A model generated the notes under the pieces. The model was given only the letters and a program-made list of their open reading frames with translations. It had not been told where the DNA came from and did not search any database. 64,000 bases of DNA from an uncultured Acidobacteriota bacterium (GTDB lineage: Bacteria > Actinomycetota > Acidimicrobiia > Spongiisociales > ZC4RG35): the NCBI GenBank assembly GCA_963828465.1, contig CAWHEU010000020.1:203635-267634 (forward strand), written 5' to 3'. Position 1 is the stretch's first letter. Every line of letters begins with the position of its first letter. A program made the position numbers and the translations under genes. This document shows positions 27,932 through 38,495 of the stretch, in pieces.

Positions 27932-29346
27932 GGCGGTTGGTGGGCGGGTGGTTGCCTGCAACGACGAGTTCTTCGCCGAGGCGCACAACCTGCTCCAAAC
28001 GGCAGATCCGGTGTGGAAAGAGGACGTCTACACCGAACGGGGGAAATGGATGGACGGTTGGGAGACCCGGAGACGCCGCGAGCCGGGCCACGATTGGTGT
28101 GTTCTCGCCCTCGGAGTGGCGGGGCGGGTGCGGTCGGTAACGGTCGACACCTCCCATTTCACCGGCAATTACCCCGAATCCTTCTCTTTGGAGGCCTGCG
28201 GTGTGGGTGGGGATGAGCGACTCGAGTCGGCCGACTGGGTCGAGATCATCCCCCGTACCTCCCTCTCCGGTGACACCACGGCGAGTTTCGAGGTCGATGA
28301 CCCGCATCGGGTCACCCATGTTCGTCTCAACATCTTCCCCGACGGAGGGGTGGCGCGGCTGCGCCTCGAAGGCGACCCGATACCTGCCCGACATGAGGTG
28401 TGTCTCGACGACGAAGGAATCGACCTGGCTTCGTCCGTTGTCGGTGGCGAGGCCCTCGATGCCTCCGATGTCCACTACTCACCACCCTCCAATCTCCTCC
28501 GCCCCACCGAGCCGGCTGGGATGTGGGACGGCTGGGAGACCAAGCGTCGACGTGGGCCGGGCAACGACTGGGCCGTCTTCCGCCTCGGATTGCCCGGAAC
28601 AGTGGACTCGCTGCGAGGTCGACACCCGGCATTTCAAGGGAAACGCACCGGGCTGGGTCTCGGTTCAGGTCTCGAACGACGGCCAGACTTGGGAGGAGGT
28701 GGTCGACCGGGCCGAGGTGAAGCCCGACTCGGTCAATCTCGTGACACTCGATGGCTCTGTTCAAGCCGGCTTCGTACGTCTCGACATCCATCCCGACGGC
28801 GGCGTGGCACGTCTCCGTGTCAAGGGCCGACCCAATCCTGACGGAGCCGAGCGGCTTCGGCTCACATATCTGAACGCACTGTTCGACGAGGAGGCGCGGC
28901 GCTTCTTTCACACGGCCTGCGCTTCCACGAGCTGGGTCGACCGCATGATCGCGAACCGCCCATTCGCCGATGGCGATGCCGTGTTGGCCGCAGCAGCCGT
29001 CGCCTCCGATGGACTGGGTGAGAGCGACTGGCTCGAGGCCTTTGCCGGTCACCCCCGAATCGGCGAGAGGGGGAACCACCAGGCCAATCGCGAACAGAGT
29101 GGCACCGCCGATGCAGAGGCGTCATTGCTGACCGCGTTGGCGGAGGCGAACAAGGAGTACGAATCAACCCACGGTTTCACGTACATCGTCTACGCCTCCG
29201 GCAAGACCGCCCAGGAGATGCTCGACATCGCCCGCAGCCGACTCGGCAACACGCGGGACGAGGAGCTAATCAACGCAGCCGCGGAGCAGCGGGCGATCAC
29301 CGAGACCAGACTGCGTCGCATGCTCTGCATGGGAGATGCCCGATGA
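27912..29346 (+). CDS. alc: Allantoicase fused to C-terminal OHCU decarboxylase; frameshift near 28613
   Basis: DGWETRRRR x2, VDTSHFTGNYP, PDGGVARLR; C-terminal EAFAGHPRIG, YE..HGFTYIVYASGK, RLGN. Confidence 0.88.
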
Positions 29347-29660
29347 CCGGGCTCAGCACGCACGTTCTCGACACAGAGTCCGGTCAGCCGGCGTCAGGGG
29401 TGAAAGTGACGCTGGAGCGCTCATCGGACGGTGGCTGGCAGCACGTCGGCGAGGGAACGACGGACGGCGATGGGCGTGTCGCCACTCTCGGGGTCGCCTT
29501 GGGCTCCGGCATCTACCGTCTCGTTTTCGCCACGGGCGATGCAGGCAATCCCTTCTTCCCCGAGGTGCACGTCATCGTCGATCTCGACGATGATCGGGAC
29601 CACTATCACGTCCCGCTTCTGCTCAGCAGCTACGGGTACACGACCTACCGGGGTAGCTGA
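29343..29660 (+). CDS. uraH: 5-hydroxyisourate hydrolase
   Basis: STHVLD...G.PA and HYHVPLLLSSYGYTTYRGS. Confidence 0.95.
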   Translation: MTGLSTHVLDTESGQPASGVKVTLERSSDGGWQHVGEGTTDGDGRVATLGVALGSGIYRLVFATGDAGNPFFPEVHVIVDLDDDRDHYHVPLLLSSYGYTTYRGS

Positions 29661-30475
29661 TGGCTCGGCTCGGCGAGAACCGATGGGGCAAGTCCGATGT
29701 TCGGGTGTCGAAGATCCTCCGAACCGAATCGGGTGACGATTTCCTGGACCTGACGGTTCAGGTGCTGCTCCAGGGCGACGTCGAGGCGGCCCATGTCAGA
29801 GGTGACAACAGTGGTGTTCTGCCCACCGACACCATGAAGAACACCGTCTACGGTCTTGCTCAGAAGCATCTCACTCGAGACCTGGAGGCGTTCGCCGCCG
29901 TCCTTGGTGACCGCTTCCTGGAGCGTGAAGGCATCAGCGCAGCCGACGTCTTTGTATCCCAGCTCATCTGGAACCGGATGGGCCCGTCGGGCTTCGTCGG
30001 TGGGGGCTCAGAGCGACGGTTGGGCCGAGTGGTCGCGGGGACCAATGCCGGGGTGTGGGCCGGAGTAGACGGATTGGTGGTGCTCAAGACCACGGGGTCG
30101 GCCTTCTCCGGTTTCCCCCGGGACGAGTTCACCTTGCTGCCCGAGACGGACGAGCGGATCCTGGCCACGTCGGTGAAGGCGGTGTGGCGATATTCAGCCA
30201 CCCCGGCCGACACCACGGCCACATGGGAGAGGGCGCGTGAGGCCATGATCGAGAGTTTCATGGCAGAACACTCGGAGTCTGTCCAACACCAGGGATGGAT
30301 GATGGCCGAGGCTCTGCTGGGAGCGATTCCAGAGATCGAGGAGGTCGACTTTCGCCTCCCCAATCAGCATCACCTCAGCTACGACCTGTCCAGATTCGGG
30401 ATCGAGGACGAGCACACGGTCTTTCAGCCGGTCAGCCAACCCTACGGCGACATCGGTTTCATCGTCACGCGCTGA
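29660..30475 (+). CDS. pucL: Factor-independent urate oxidase (uricase)
   Basis: WGKSDVR, PTDTMKNTV, VLKTTGSAF, SESVQ, PNQHH. Confidence 0.93.
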   Translation: MARLGENRWGKSDVRVSKILRTESGDDFLDLTVQVLLQGDVEAAHVRGDNSGVLPTDTMKNTVYGLAQKHLTRDLEAFAAVLGDRFLEREGISAADVFVSQLIWNRMGPSGFVGGGSERRLGRVVAGTNAGVWAGVDGLVVLKTTGSAFSGFPRDEFTLLPETDERILATSVKAVWRYSATPADTTATWERAREAMIESFMAEHSESVQHQGWMMAEALLGAIPEIEEVDFRLPNQHHLSYDLSRFGIEDEHTVFQPVSQPYGDIGFIVTR

Positions 30476-30478
30476 GCT

Positions 30479-31804
30479 CTATCCAGCGGTCCGGCTCTCC
30501 AGGATGTCGAGGAAGGAGCGGGTCTGGATCTCGTCCAGTGTGAGGCCGCTGCGTGTGGTGGCCTCCTTCTCGTCGATCGCACCACAGTTGATCGCTCGCA
30601 GAAAGAAGTTGAGAAGACCCTGGCCGGTCGCGGCGTCGTCGAACACCTCACCTACGAGGGTGGCCTGGGCCGCCGACTCGACGAAGTTGGAGAGCCGCTC
30701 GCCGGCCTGGTCCAGACCCTCGAGAAAGAAGGCGTAGACGGCGGCATAGCGAGTGGGGAACTGGGCGGGATGGAGGTCCCACCCCTGGTAGTAGGCGTGG
30801 GTCAGCGAATGTCTGATGTGGTCGTAATGGAGCCGCATCGCATCGTGGACGGTCTGGTGGTTCTCCTCTTCCTGACCCGAGGTCAACTCCTCGCCACGAT
30901 GCGGTGGCACCGGCATCACGTTGGTCGCCCCGTCGGAGATCCAGACCCCAGTCCCGGCCAGGCTCACCTGCAAGGCGTGTCGGGCGAAATCACAGGCCGG
31001 GTGCGTCATCGTCTGATAGGCGGCAGTGATGGTGAGCGATGCCGTGTAGTCGTAGGTCCCGAAATGGGCGCCACGCACGCGGCCCTGCCCGGCGTCGACG
31101 AACTTGCGCACCCCTGCTGTCCCGTCCCTGTCGATGACAGTCTGCGGGGTCTCCACCATGAGCTCCACCGGGATGGGGTCGATGGCCAGTTCCTGCTCCA
31201 GCTCGGCCAGGGCCTCGCCGAGCACCAGGACCTGCTCGACGTCCTGGATCTTGGGGAGGGTCACGGTGAAGCCGGGTGGGAGATGCCCCCCCTTCTCCAC
31301 GGCTGTGGTGACGAACAGGTCGAGGGTGCGCAAGGCGCGCCGGTGTAGCTCACCCGAGAGCGACTTGACCCTGATCCCGGTGAACGGAGGGAGCGTCCCG
31401 GCTGTCATGCCGTCGGCTAGCTCGGTGGCAGCCGATCGGGCGTGCCCGTCCTCCTCGTCATCGGGCCGATGCCCGTAGCCATCCTCGAAATCGACGCGGA
31501 AGTCCTCCACCGGCTCTCTTCTCAGTTTCTCGGCCACGAGACCGTGGACTGGCCCGGCCAGCGATTCGGGGAGGGCGAGAATCGAAGCCAGGTGCTCGGG
31601 GGCGGGGGCCCAGCGATCGAGGGCGGCCAGGGACAACTCGCCCAAGCGTTCCGCTGTGTTGGCCGAGAAGAGATGGGCGCCGCCGTACACGGTGTGCACC
31701 GGCTGGCGTTCGGGGCTCTCGCCGGGGAAGTCGGTGCCGAGACGGGTCGCCACCGCCTCGAGACGCTCACCCCAGCGAGTCATCGAGTCATCGCGCAAGG
31801 TCAT
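30479..31804 (-). CDS. Uncharacterised HpcH/HpaI aldolase-citrate lyase fold enzyme (DUF6986-like)
   Basis: RQPVHTVYGGAHLF, EDFRVDFEDGYG, TLPK, ELMVETP, HFGTYDYTA, SDGATN, YYQGWDLHPAQ. Confidence 0.8.
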   Translation of the reverse strand: MTLRDDSMTRWGERLEAVATRLGTDFPGESPERQPVHTVYGGAHLFSANTAERLGELSLAALDRWAPAPEHLASILALPESLAGPVHGLVAEKLRREPVEDFRVDFEDGYGHRPDDEEDGHARSAATELADGMTAGTLPPFTGIRVKSLSGELHRRALRTLDLFVTTAVEKGGHLPPGFTVTLPKIQDVEQVLVLGEALAELEQELAIDPIPVELMVETPQTVIDRDGTAGVRKFVDAGQGRVRGAHFGTYDYTASLTITAAYQTMTHPACDFARHALQVSLAGTGVWISDGATNVMPVPPHRGEELTSGQEEENHQTVHDAMRLHYDHIRHSLTHAYYQGWDLHPAQFPTRYAAVYAFFLEGLDQAGERLSNFVESAAQATLVGEVFDDAATGQGLLNFFLRAINCGAIDEKEATTRSGLTLDEIQTRSFLDILESRTAG

Positions 31805-31842
31805 GGCGGGCGACTCTAAGACAGCAGTTAGCTTTGGTGCCG

Positions 31843-33198
31843 ATGGGAACCCTGCTCGTCCGTCATGCCGAAGTGCTGGTGACCATGGGCGGCGAGGAGA
31901 TCGAGGACGGGGGTCTGTTCGCACGAGACGGTTGGATCGAGCAGGTGGCTCCTACGGCCGAGCTGCCTGGAGAGGCCGACGAGATGGTCGACCTCAGCGG
32001 CCATGTCGTCCTCCCCGGATTGGTCAACACCCACCATCACCTCTATCAGACGCTCACGCGGGTAATGCCGGGTGCCCAGGATGCGGGTCTGTTCGATTGG
32101 CTTCTCACCCTCTATCCGATCTGGGCGGGGATGACGCCGGATCATGTGCGGGTCTCCACCCGTCTTGGTCTCGCCGAGCTTGCCTTGAGCGGCTGCACAA
32201 CCGCCTTCGACCATCACTATTTGTGGCCGAACGGCTCGCGGGTCGACGATCAAATCGAGGGCGCCGCCCCGGTAGGAGTTCGATTTCATGTCTCGCGCGG
32301 GTCGATGAGCCTCGGGCGGTCGGATGGTGGGCTGCCGCCGGATTCTGTCGTCGAGACGAATGATGTGATCCTCGAGGACTCCCGGCGGGTGGTCGACCTC
32401 TTCCACGACCCGTCCCCCGGGTCGATGACGCAGGTCGTCCTCGCCCCGTGCTCTCCGTTCAGCGTGACCACCGATCTGATGGAAGAGACCGCCGAATTGG
32501 CTCGCGACCTGGAGGTCGCCATGCACACCCATCTCGCCGAGACGGCCGATGAGGAGGACTTCTGCCTTGGCCGGTTCGGTCGCCGTCCGGTGGAGTACAT
32601 GGAGGACCTTGGTTGGGCCGGTCCGGATGTGTGGTACGCCCATGCCGTGCACGTGGCCGAGGACGAAGTGAGACGGATGGGTCATTCCGGGACAGGAGTC
32701 GCCCATTGCCCGACCTCGAACATGCGTCTCGCCTCCGGGCTGGCCCCGGTCTCGCGGTATCTGGAGGCGGGTGTCAGGGTGGGCCTGGGTGTGGACGGCT
32801 CGGCTTCGAACGACGCCTCGCACATGATGGGGGAGGTCCGGCAGGCACTCCTGCTCAATCGTCTCGGTGTCTCGCCGGGGATCGGCGAGGGGCCGCAGAT
32901 GACGGCGCGGCAGGCGCTCGGTCTGGCCACCATCGGTGGGGCGGGGGTGTTGGGCCGTGACGACATCGGGAGACTCGCCCCCGGGATGTGCGCCGACTTC
33001 ATCGCCTATGACCTGAATCGGGTCGACTTCGCCGGCGCGCTTCACGATCCGGTGGCGGCGGTGGTGATGTGCGCCCCGGTGACGGTCGATCACTCCTGGG
33101 TCGGCGGTCGGAAGGTCGTCGAGGGCGGCCAATTGACCGGGGTCGACACCGCGTCTCTGGTCAGGGAGCACAACCGGCTTGCCGCGACACTTGTGTAA
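31843..33198 (+). CDS. 8-oxoguanine deaminase-like amidohydrolase
   Basis: PGLVNTHHHLYQTLTR, APCSPFSV, HTHLAET, HCPTSNMRLASG, GVDGSASND. Confidence 0.88.
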   Translation: MGTLLVRHAEVLVTMGGEEIEDGGLFARDGWIEQVAPTAELPGEADEMVDLSGHVVLPGLVNTHHHLYQTLTRVMPGAQDAGLFDWLLTLYPIWAGMTPDHVRVSTRLGLAELALSGCTTAFDHHYLWPNGSRVDDQIEGAAPVGVRFHVSRGSMSLGRSDGGLPPDSVVETNDVILEDSRRVVDLFHDPSPGSMTQVVLAPCSPFSVTTDLMEETAELARDLEVAMHTHLAETADEEDFCLGRFGRRPVEYMEDLGWAGPDVWYAHAVHVAEDEVRRMGHSGTGVAHCPTSNMRLASGLAPVSRYLEAGVRVGLGVDGSASNDASHMMGEVRQALLLNRLGVSPGIGEGPQMTARQALGLATIGGAGVLGRDDIGRLAPGMCADFIAYDLNRVDFAGALHDPVAAVVMCAPVTVDHSWVGGRKVVEGGQLTGVDTASLVREHNRLAATLV

Positions 33199-33226
33199 CG
33201 GAAACAGGCACTAACTTTGCCCGCCA

Positions 33227-34021
33227 GTGGAGATCGTGCACCCGAACTCGATCGATGAGGCCCTCGCCGGACTGGGCGAGGGAGCGATCCCACTGGCCGG
33301 GGGAACCGATCTCATGGTCGAGGTCAACTTCGGCCACACCCGCCCGGAGCGTGTCATCGGGCTGCGTCGGCTCGCCGAGCTGAAGGAGTGGGATGGCCAA
33401 CGGATCGGGGCAGGTGTCACATGGCGCCGGATCGAGACACAGGGCCCCAAGGCCTTGGCCGAAGCGGCCCGCACCGTGGGCTCACCACAGATCCGGAATG
33501 CCGGGACGATTGGTGGGAATCTGGGGACTGCGAGCCCTGCCGGCGACGGGCATCCGTTCCTGGTCGCGGTCGACGCCTCCATCGAGCTCGCTTCGACGGC
33601 GTCACGGCGAACGCTGTCCTGGCAGGAGTTCTTCACCGGTGTCAAGGAGACGGCCCGACGACCAGACGAGTTGATCGTGGCGGTCCACCTGCCCGCCGGC
33701 CTCCCCGAGCGGCAGTGCTTCGGCAAGATCGGGATCCGAAACGCCATGGTCATAGCCACCGTGTGCGCCGTGGTCACCCGGGCCGACGACGGCAAGACCA
33801 CGGTTGCGCTCGGGTCAGTGGCGCCCACCCCGATCAGGGCCACCCGAGCCGAGAACATGATCTCGTCCATCGGTCATCCGAGCGCGGGAGATCTGGTCGA
33901 GTTCCAGCGGCTCGTCAGCGAAGAAGTGCGGCCGATAACCGATCACCGGTCGACTGAGGAGTACCGGCGCCACGGGGCAGGCGTCCTGGCCAGACGTCTC
34001 CTGGAGAGATGCCTCTCGTGA
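33227..34021 (+). CDS. Xanthine dehydrogenase family FAD-binding subunit
   Basis: LAGGTDLMVEVN, VGSPQIRNAGTIGGN, KIGIRNAMVIA. Confidence 0.9.
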   Translation: MEIVHPNSIDEALAGLGEGAIPLAGGTDLMVEVNFGHTRPERVIGLRRLAELKEWDGQRIGAGVTWRRIETQGPKALAEAARTVGSPQIRNAGTIGGNLGTASPAGDGHPFLVAVDASIELASTASRRTLSWQEFFTGVKETARRPDELIVAVHLPAGLPERQCFGKIGIRNAMVIATVCAVVTRADDGKTTVALGSVAPTPIRATRAENMISSIGHPSAGDLVEFQRLVSEEVRPITDHRSTEEYRRHGAGVLARRLLERCLS

Positions 34022-34477
34022 TCGTCGAGTTATCGGTCAACGGAGAGCCGGTCACCGCCCGGGTCACCAACCCCGGCAGCCTCCTCGATCTCCTGCGTGA
34101 CGAGCTCGGCCTGCCCGGCTCGAAGAATGCCTGTGAGCAGGGGGAATGTGGATCGTGCAGTGTCATCCTCGACGGGGAGCTGGTCTGCTCCTGCCTGGTG
34201 ATGGCGGCGGATGCCGCCGGTTCGTCGGTGACCACGGTCGAAGGGGTCAGCCCCGACGACGGCCTGCACCCTGTCCAGGAGGCGATGCACCACGCTGGAG
34301 CTGTCCAATGTGGCTTCTGCACACCGGGCATCGTCGTGGCCGCGGTCGACCTGTTTGCCCGGAACCCTCATCCGAGCAGTAGACGAGATCAAAGAGGCCC
34401 TGGCCGGGAACATCTGCCGGTGCACCGGGTACGGCGCCATCATCCGCGCCCTGGAGGAGGTGGGGGACGACCGATGA
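34018..34477 (+). CDS. Xanthine dehydrogenase family 2Fe-2S subunit; frameshift near 34380
   Basis: CEQGECGSC, QCGFCTPG; GNICRCTGY in the shifted frame. Confidence 0.9.
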
Positions 34478-36700
34478 GCACTAGGACGGGACGCCGCGTC
34501 GGGGTGCCGCATGGTGTGATCCGGGATTCCCCGCTCCGGCCCGATGGCGTGCCCAAGCTCCGTGGCGAGTTCGAATACGCCCAGGACCTGAGGAGCCGAG
34601 GGGATGCTCTGGGCGGCCACGGTCCGTAGCCCCCACGCCCGGGCACGCATCGCCTCGATCGACCTGGCCCCGGCGCTGGCAATCGGTGGTGTGCACGCGT
34701 GTCTCACAGCAGACGATGTCCCGGGGAGGGCCACGTTTGGATTGGAGCACGCCGACCAGCCGGTTCTGGCCGGCGACGAGGTCAATTTCTGGGGAGAGCC
34801 AGTGGCCGTTGTGGCCGCCGAGGACGACGACACCGCCAGGAGGGCGGCGGCCGCCGTCGAGGTTCGCTACGAAGAGCTCGACGCTCTGACCGACCCCGAA
34901 GAGGCTGACGACCGTGACGACGTGTTTCGCCGGCTGAGCATCAGACGCGGGGACCAGGGCTTGCGCGGGTCCGTCGTGGTAGAGGGTGAGTACGAGGTCG
35001 GGATGCAGGATCAGGCGCCGCTGGGGACCGAGGCCGGGCTCGCCATCCCTGACGGCCAGGGCGGTGTCGACCTGTACGCGACGAGCCAATACGTGCACGT
35101 AGATCAAGAGCAGGTGGTGGCCAGCCTCGGACTACGACCGGATCAGGTGCGTGCCCACCCGACGGGGATCGGTGGCGCCTTCGGGGCCAGAGAAGACGTC
35201 AACCTGCACATCCATCTCTGCATGCTGGCCCTCCACACTGGGCGGCCGGTCAAGATGGTCTATCACCGCTCGGAGTCGTTCACCGGGCACGTCCACCGCC
35301 ACCCGGCGTGGCTCCGTTACCGCCACGAGTCCGATGAGGACGGACGTCTGGTCCGGGTCGAAGCGCGGGTGATGATCGACGGCGGTGCCTACGCCTCGAC
35401 CACATCCGCCGTTCTGGCCAACGCCTGCTATTTCGCAGTCGGGCCATATCGCAGCGACTCGGTCGCGGTCGACGGGGTGGGAGCCCGCACCAACAACCCG
35501 CCGTGTGGGGCGATGAGGGGATTTGGAGCGGTACAGGTCTGCTTTGCCTACGAAGCACAAATGGACCGGCTCGCCGCGGCCCTCGGGATGGACCCGCTCG
35601 ATCTGCGCGAGCTGAATGCCCTCGGCACCGGCGACCCCATGCCGACCACAGGGCAGGTCATCGAGACTCCGCTTCCCACGATCGAGGTGATACGGAGTCT
35701 GCAGGCGATGCCTCTTCCGGAACCGGCAACGACGGCTCATCACAGTGAGCTTCCTGGGGGCTCGGGTCTCACCACCGAGCCACATCACGTTCGGAGAGGG
35801 GTGGGATATGCCCTCGGTCTCAAGAACCTCGGCTTCTCTGAGGGATCCGATGACTACGCCCAGGCAAGGGTTCGGCTCACTCCTGATGGTGCCATGGTCG
35901 AAACCGCCGCGATAGAAGTCGGGCAGGGACTGGTCACCGTCCTGGCTCAGATCGTCCGCAGCGCGCTGGGGATCTCCGGCGTGGACGTGATCCACGTGGA
36001 CACATCGAAGATCGACTCAGCCGGCTCCACCTCGGCTTCGAGGCAGACCCAGCTCTCCGGTGGGGCCACTCTCGAGGCCTCGGTAAAACTCCGGCAGAGG
36101 GTCCTGGACAGACACGAAGGCGAGGAACTCGACGATGACGGGGTCTGGAACGGCGATGAGCTTGTGGCCCCCTGGTCGGTCCTGGCTGAGGAAGGCTGGG
36201 AAGAGACAGTCACCTTCCGGCACCCGCCCACGACCGGCCCGGACGAGAACGGTCAGGGCGTGATACACGCCGACTTCGCCGTGGCCGGCCATCGGGCGGT
36301 GGTCGACGTCGACACCGAGCTGGGTCTGGTCAAGGTGGTCCGTGTCGACACTGCCCAAGACGTGGGTCTCGCCCTGAATCCGCTGTCGGTGCGGGGTCAG
36401 ATCGAAGGCGGCATCCTCCAGGGGGTGGGTCTGGCCGTGATGGAGGAGCTGGTGATGAGGGATGGTGTCATTCTCAACCCGACATTCACCGACTACCTGC
36501 TCCCCACCATCCTCGATGCACCGGAAGTCGAAGCCCTTTTGATCGAGAGGGAGGGATCCTGGGGCCCCTTCGGGGCGAAAGGCGTGGGAGAGCCGCCGAC
36601 CATCTCCTCGACGGCGGCGGTCGCGGCTGCGATTCGAAACGCCACGGGCAAGGAGCTCAACCGGGTCCCGATCCGCCCTCAAGACATCGCCCTCGAATGA
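34474..36700 (+). CDS. Xanthine dehydrogenase family molybdopterin-binding subunit (PucD-like); frameshift near 34595
   Basis: GGAFGARED, AMRGFGAVQ, EVGQG, STSASRQT, GQIEGG, AKGVGEPP. Confidence 0.9.
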
Positions 36701-36710
36701 GGCCCTGGTC

Positions 36711-37721
36711 ATGGATGATCTGATCACACGCATTCCCAAGGCCGAGTTGCACGTCCATATAGAGGGCACCCTGGAGCCGGACATGATGTTCCGCCTCGCC
36801 ACCCGGAACGGGCTGTCGCTCCCCTACGAGGACATCGACGAGGTCCACGCCGCCTACCGGTTCTCCGACCTCCAGTCGTTCCTCGACATCTACTACCTGG
36901 GAAGCGAGGTCCTCCGGACCCCGGATGACTTCTATGACCTCATGACCGCCTACCTGGACCGGGCTGCCGACGACGGTGTGCGTCACGCCGAGATCTTCTT
37001 CGATCCCCAGATCCACACCGGGCGGGGGATCGGCTTCGAGGTGTTCATGAGAGGATTCCGGGACGCCATCTCGGATGGCCGCAGGCGGCGGGGGATCAGT
37101 GCCGCCCTGATCATGTGCTTTCTCCGTCATCTGTCGGGGGAGGAGGCCCTCTCCACGATCGAGGAGGCCGAGCCATTCCTCGACGGGGTGATCGGGGTCG
37201 GCATCGATTCGTCGGAGCGCGATCGCCCTCCGCAGCTGTTCGAGAGGGCCTTTGCCCGGGCCCGGCAGCTCGGTCTTCGCACCGTCGCCCATGCCGGAGA
37301 GGAGGGCCCGCCGGAGTACGTCCGAGCCGCCCTCGACGTCCTCGGAGCGGAGCGGATCGATCACGGTGTGCGCAGCCTCGAGGACCCGCAGCTGGTGGCG
37401 AGGTTGAGCCGCGACAAGGTTCCGCTCACGGTGTGCCCTTTGTCCAACGTGGCCCTGAAGGTCGTCGAGGACCTGGCACGACATCCACTTCCCGCGATGA
37501 TCGAGGCCGGGCTGGTGGTGTCGGTCAACTCGGACGATCCGGCCTACTTCGGTGGGTACATCGGCGACAATTACCGCGGTGTCCGGGATGATCTGGGCCT
37601 CGACGATGCCACGATCACCAACATCGCCCGCAACTCGATCAACTCATCCTTCCTCGATGACAGGAGGAAGACCGCGTTGCTCCTCGATCTCGAGTCCTTC
37701 TCAGCGGGGGACGAGGGCTAG
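36711..37721 (+). CDS. add: Adenine/adenosine deaminase
   Basis: PKAELHVHIEG, HAGEEG, RIDHG, CPLSN, NSDDPAYFGGY. Confidence 0.9.
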   Translation: MDDLITRIPKAELHVHIEGTLEPDMMFRLATRNGLSLPYEDIDEVHAAYRFSDLQSFLDIYYLGSEVLRTPDDFYDLMTAYLDRAADDGVRHAEIFFDPQIHTGRGIGFEVFMRGFRDAISDGRRRRGISAALIMCFLRHLSGEEALSTIEEAEPFLDGVIGVGIDSSERDRPPQLFERAFARARQLGLRTVAHAGEEGPPEYVRAALDVLGAERIDHGVRSLEDPQLVARLSRDKVPLTVCPLSNVALKVVEDLARHPLPAMIEAGLVVSVNSDDPAYFGGYIGDNYRGVRDDLGLDDATITNIARNSINSSFLDDRRKTALLLDLESFSAGDEG

Positions 37722-38495
37722 CTGACGGGATAGGGCGACGAGGTGGCCGGCCTCGTCCCATATCTCGCCGTCTTCCTCGAGCAGGCCGCCGGTCACGAAA
37801 CGCGTCGTGAACTGACAACGCAGCCAACCCGGGACGGGCTCGCCGCGGATCTGGGTGGTCATCTCCAGGGTTGGGGTCCAGGCGAGGGGAAGGTCGGCGT
37901 TGAAGACCGCCGGTGGGAAGGAGTCGGCTGCGAGCAGCAGTGTGAAGGCATCCAGCGGCTCACCATCGTGGAGTCGAAACCAACCGCGCATCTGGGCTGT
38001 GCCGCTGGGCTCACCTTGCAGCGGCCCGACGTCTTCGGGGTGGATTCGCTCTTCGAACTGGGCCATCAGCGGTGGGGGCAGCGGCCCGTCCGCCGAGGGG
38101 AGGGCGCGGATGCACTCCTCTGGTGGCGGCATCTCCGGTGGAGCGGCAGCCGCATAGAGATCCTCGGCGCGGCCGAACTGTGGCTCGGCGAGGCTGCCCA
38201 GGAGGGAGATGGAGTCGGATTCGGCGGTCACTGTGGCCCTCAGGGTGGAGAACCTGCGTCCCTCTTTCACCGGGTCCACCGTCACCATGATGGCGCCGGC
38301 CGAGATAGGCCGTGTGAAATGAGCGGTGACGCTCACCGGTAGCCGGCCTCCGGCGGCGTCCGACATCGCCCTCGACGCGATCGCCATCAGATAGCCGCCG
38401 TTGGCGATGCCGAAGATGTCCCAGTCAGGCTGGACCTCTGCCTTCCAGGCGCCATCTCCGGTGGCTGCCACCGCAGATGCGTCGGCGAACTTCAC
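37701..38495 (-). CDS. Acyl-CoA thioesterase (TesB-like double hotdog)
   Basis: NGGYL, ADSFPPAVF, WTPTLEMT, EEDGEIWDE.G.LVA.SRQ. Confidence 0.85.
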   Translation of the reverse strand: MKFADASAVAATGDGAWKAEVQPDWDIFGIANGGYLMAIASRAMSDAAGGRLPVSVTAHFTRPISAGAIMVTVDPVKEGRRFSTLRATVTAESDSISLLGSLAEPQFGRAEDLYAAAAPPEMPPPEECIRALPSADGPLPPPLMAQFEERIHPEDVGPLQGEPSGTAQMRGWFRLHDGEPLDAFTLLLAADSFPPAVFNADLPLAWTPTLEMTTQIRGEPVPGWLRCQFTTRFVTGGLLEEDGEIWDEAGHLVALSRQLALVPR

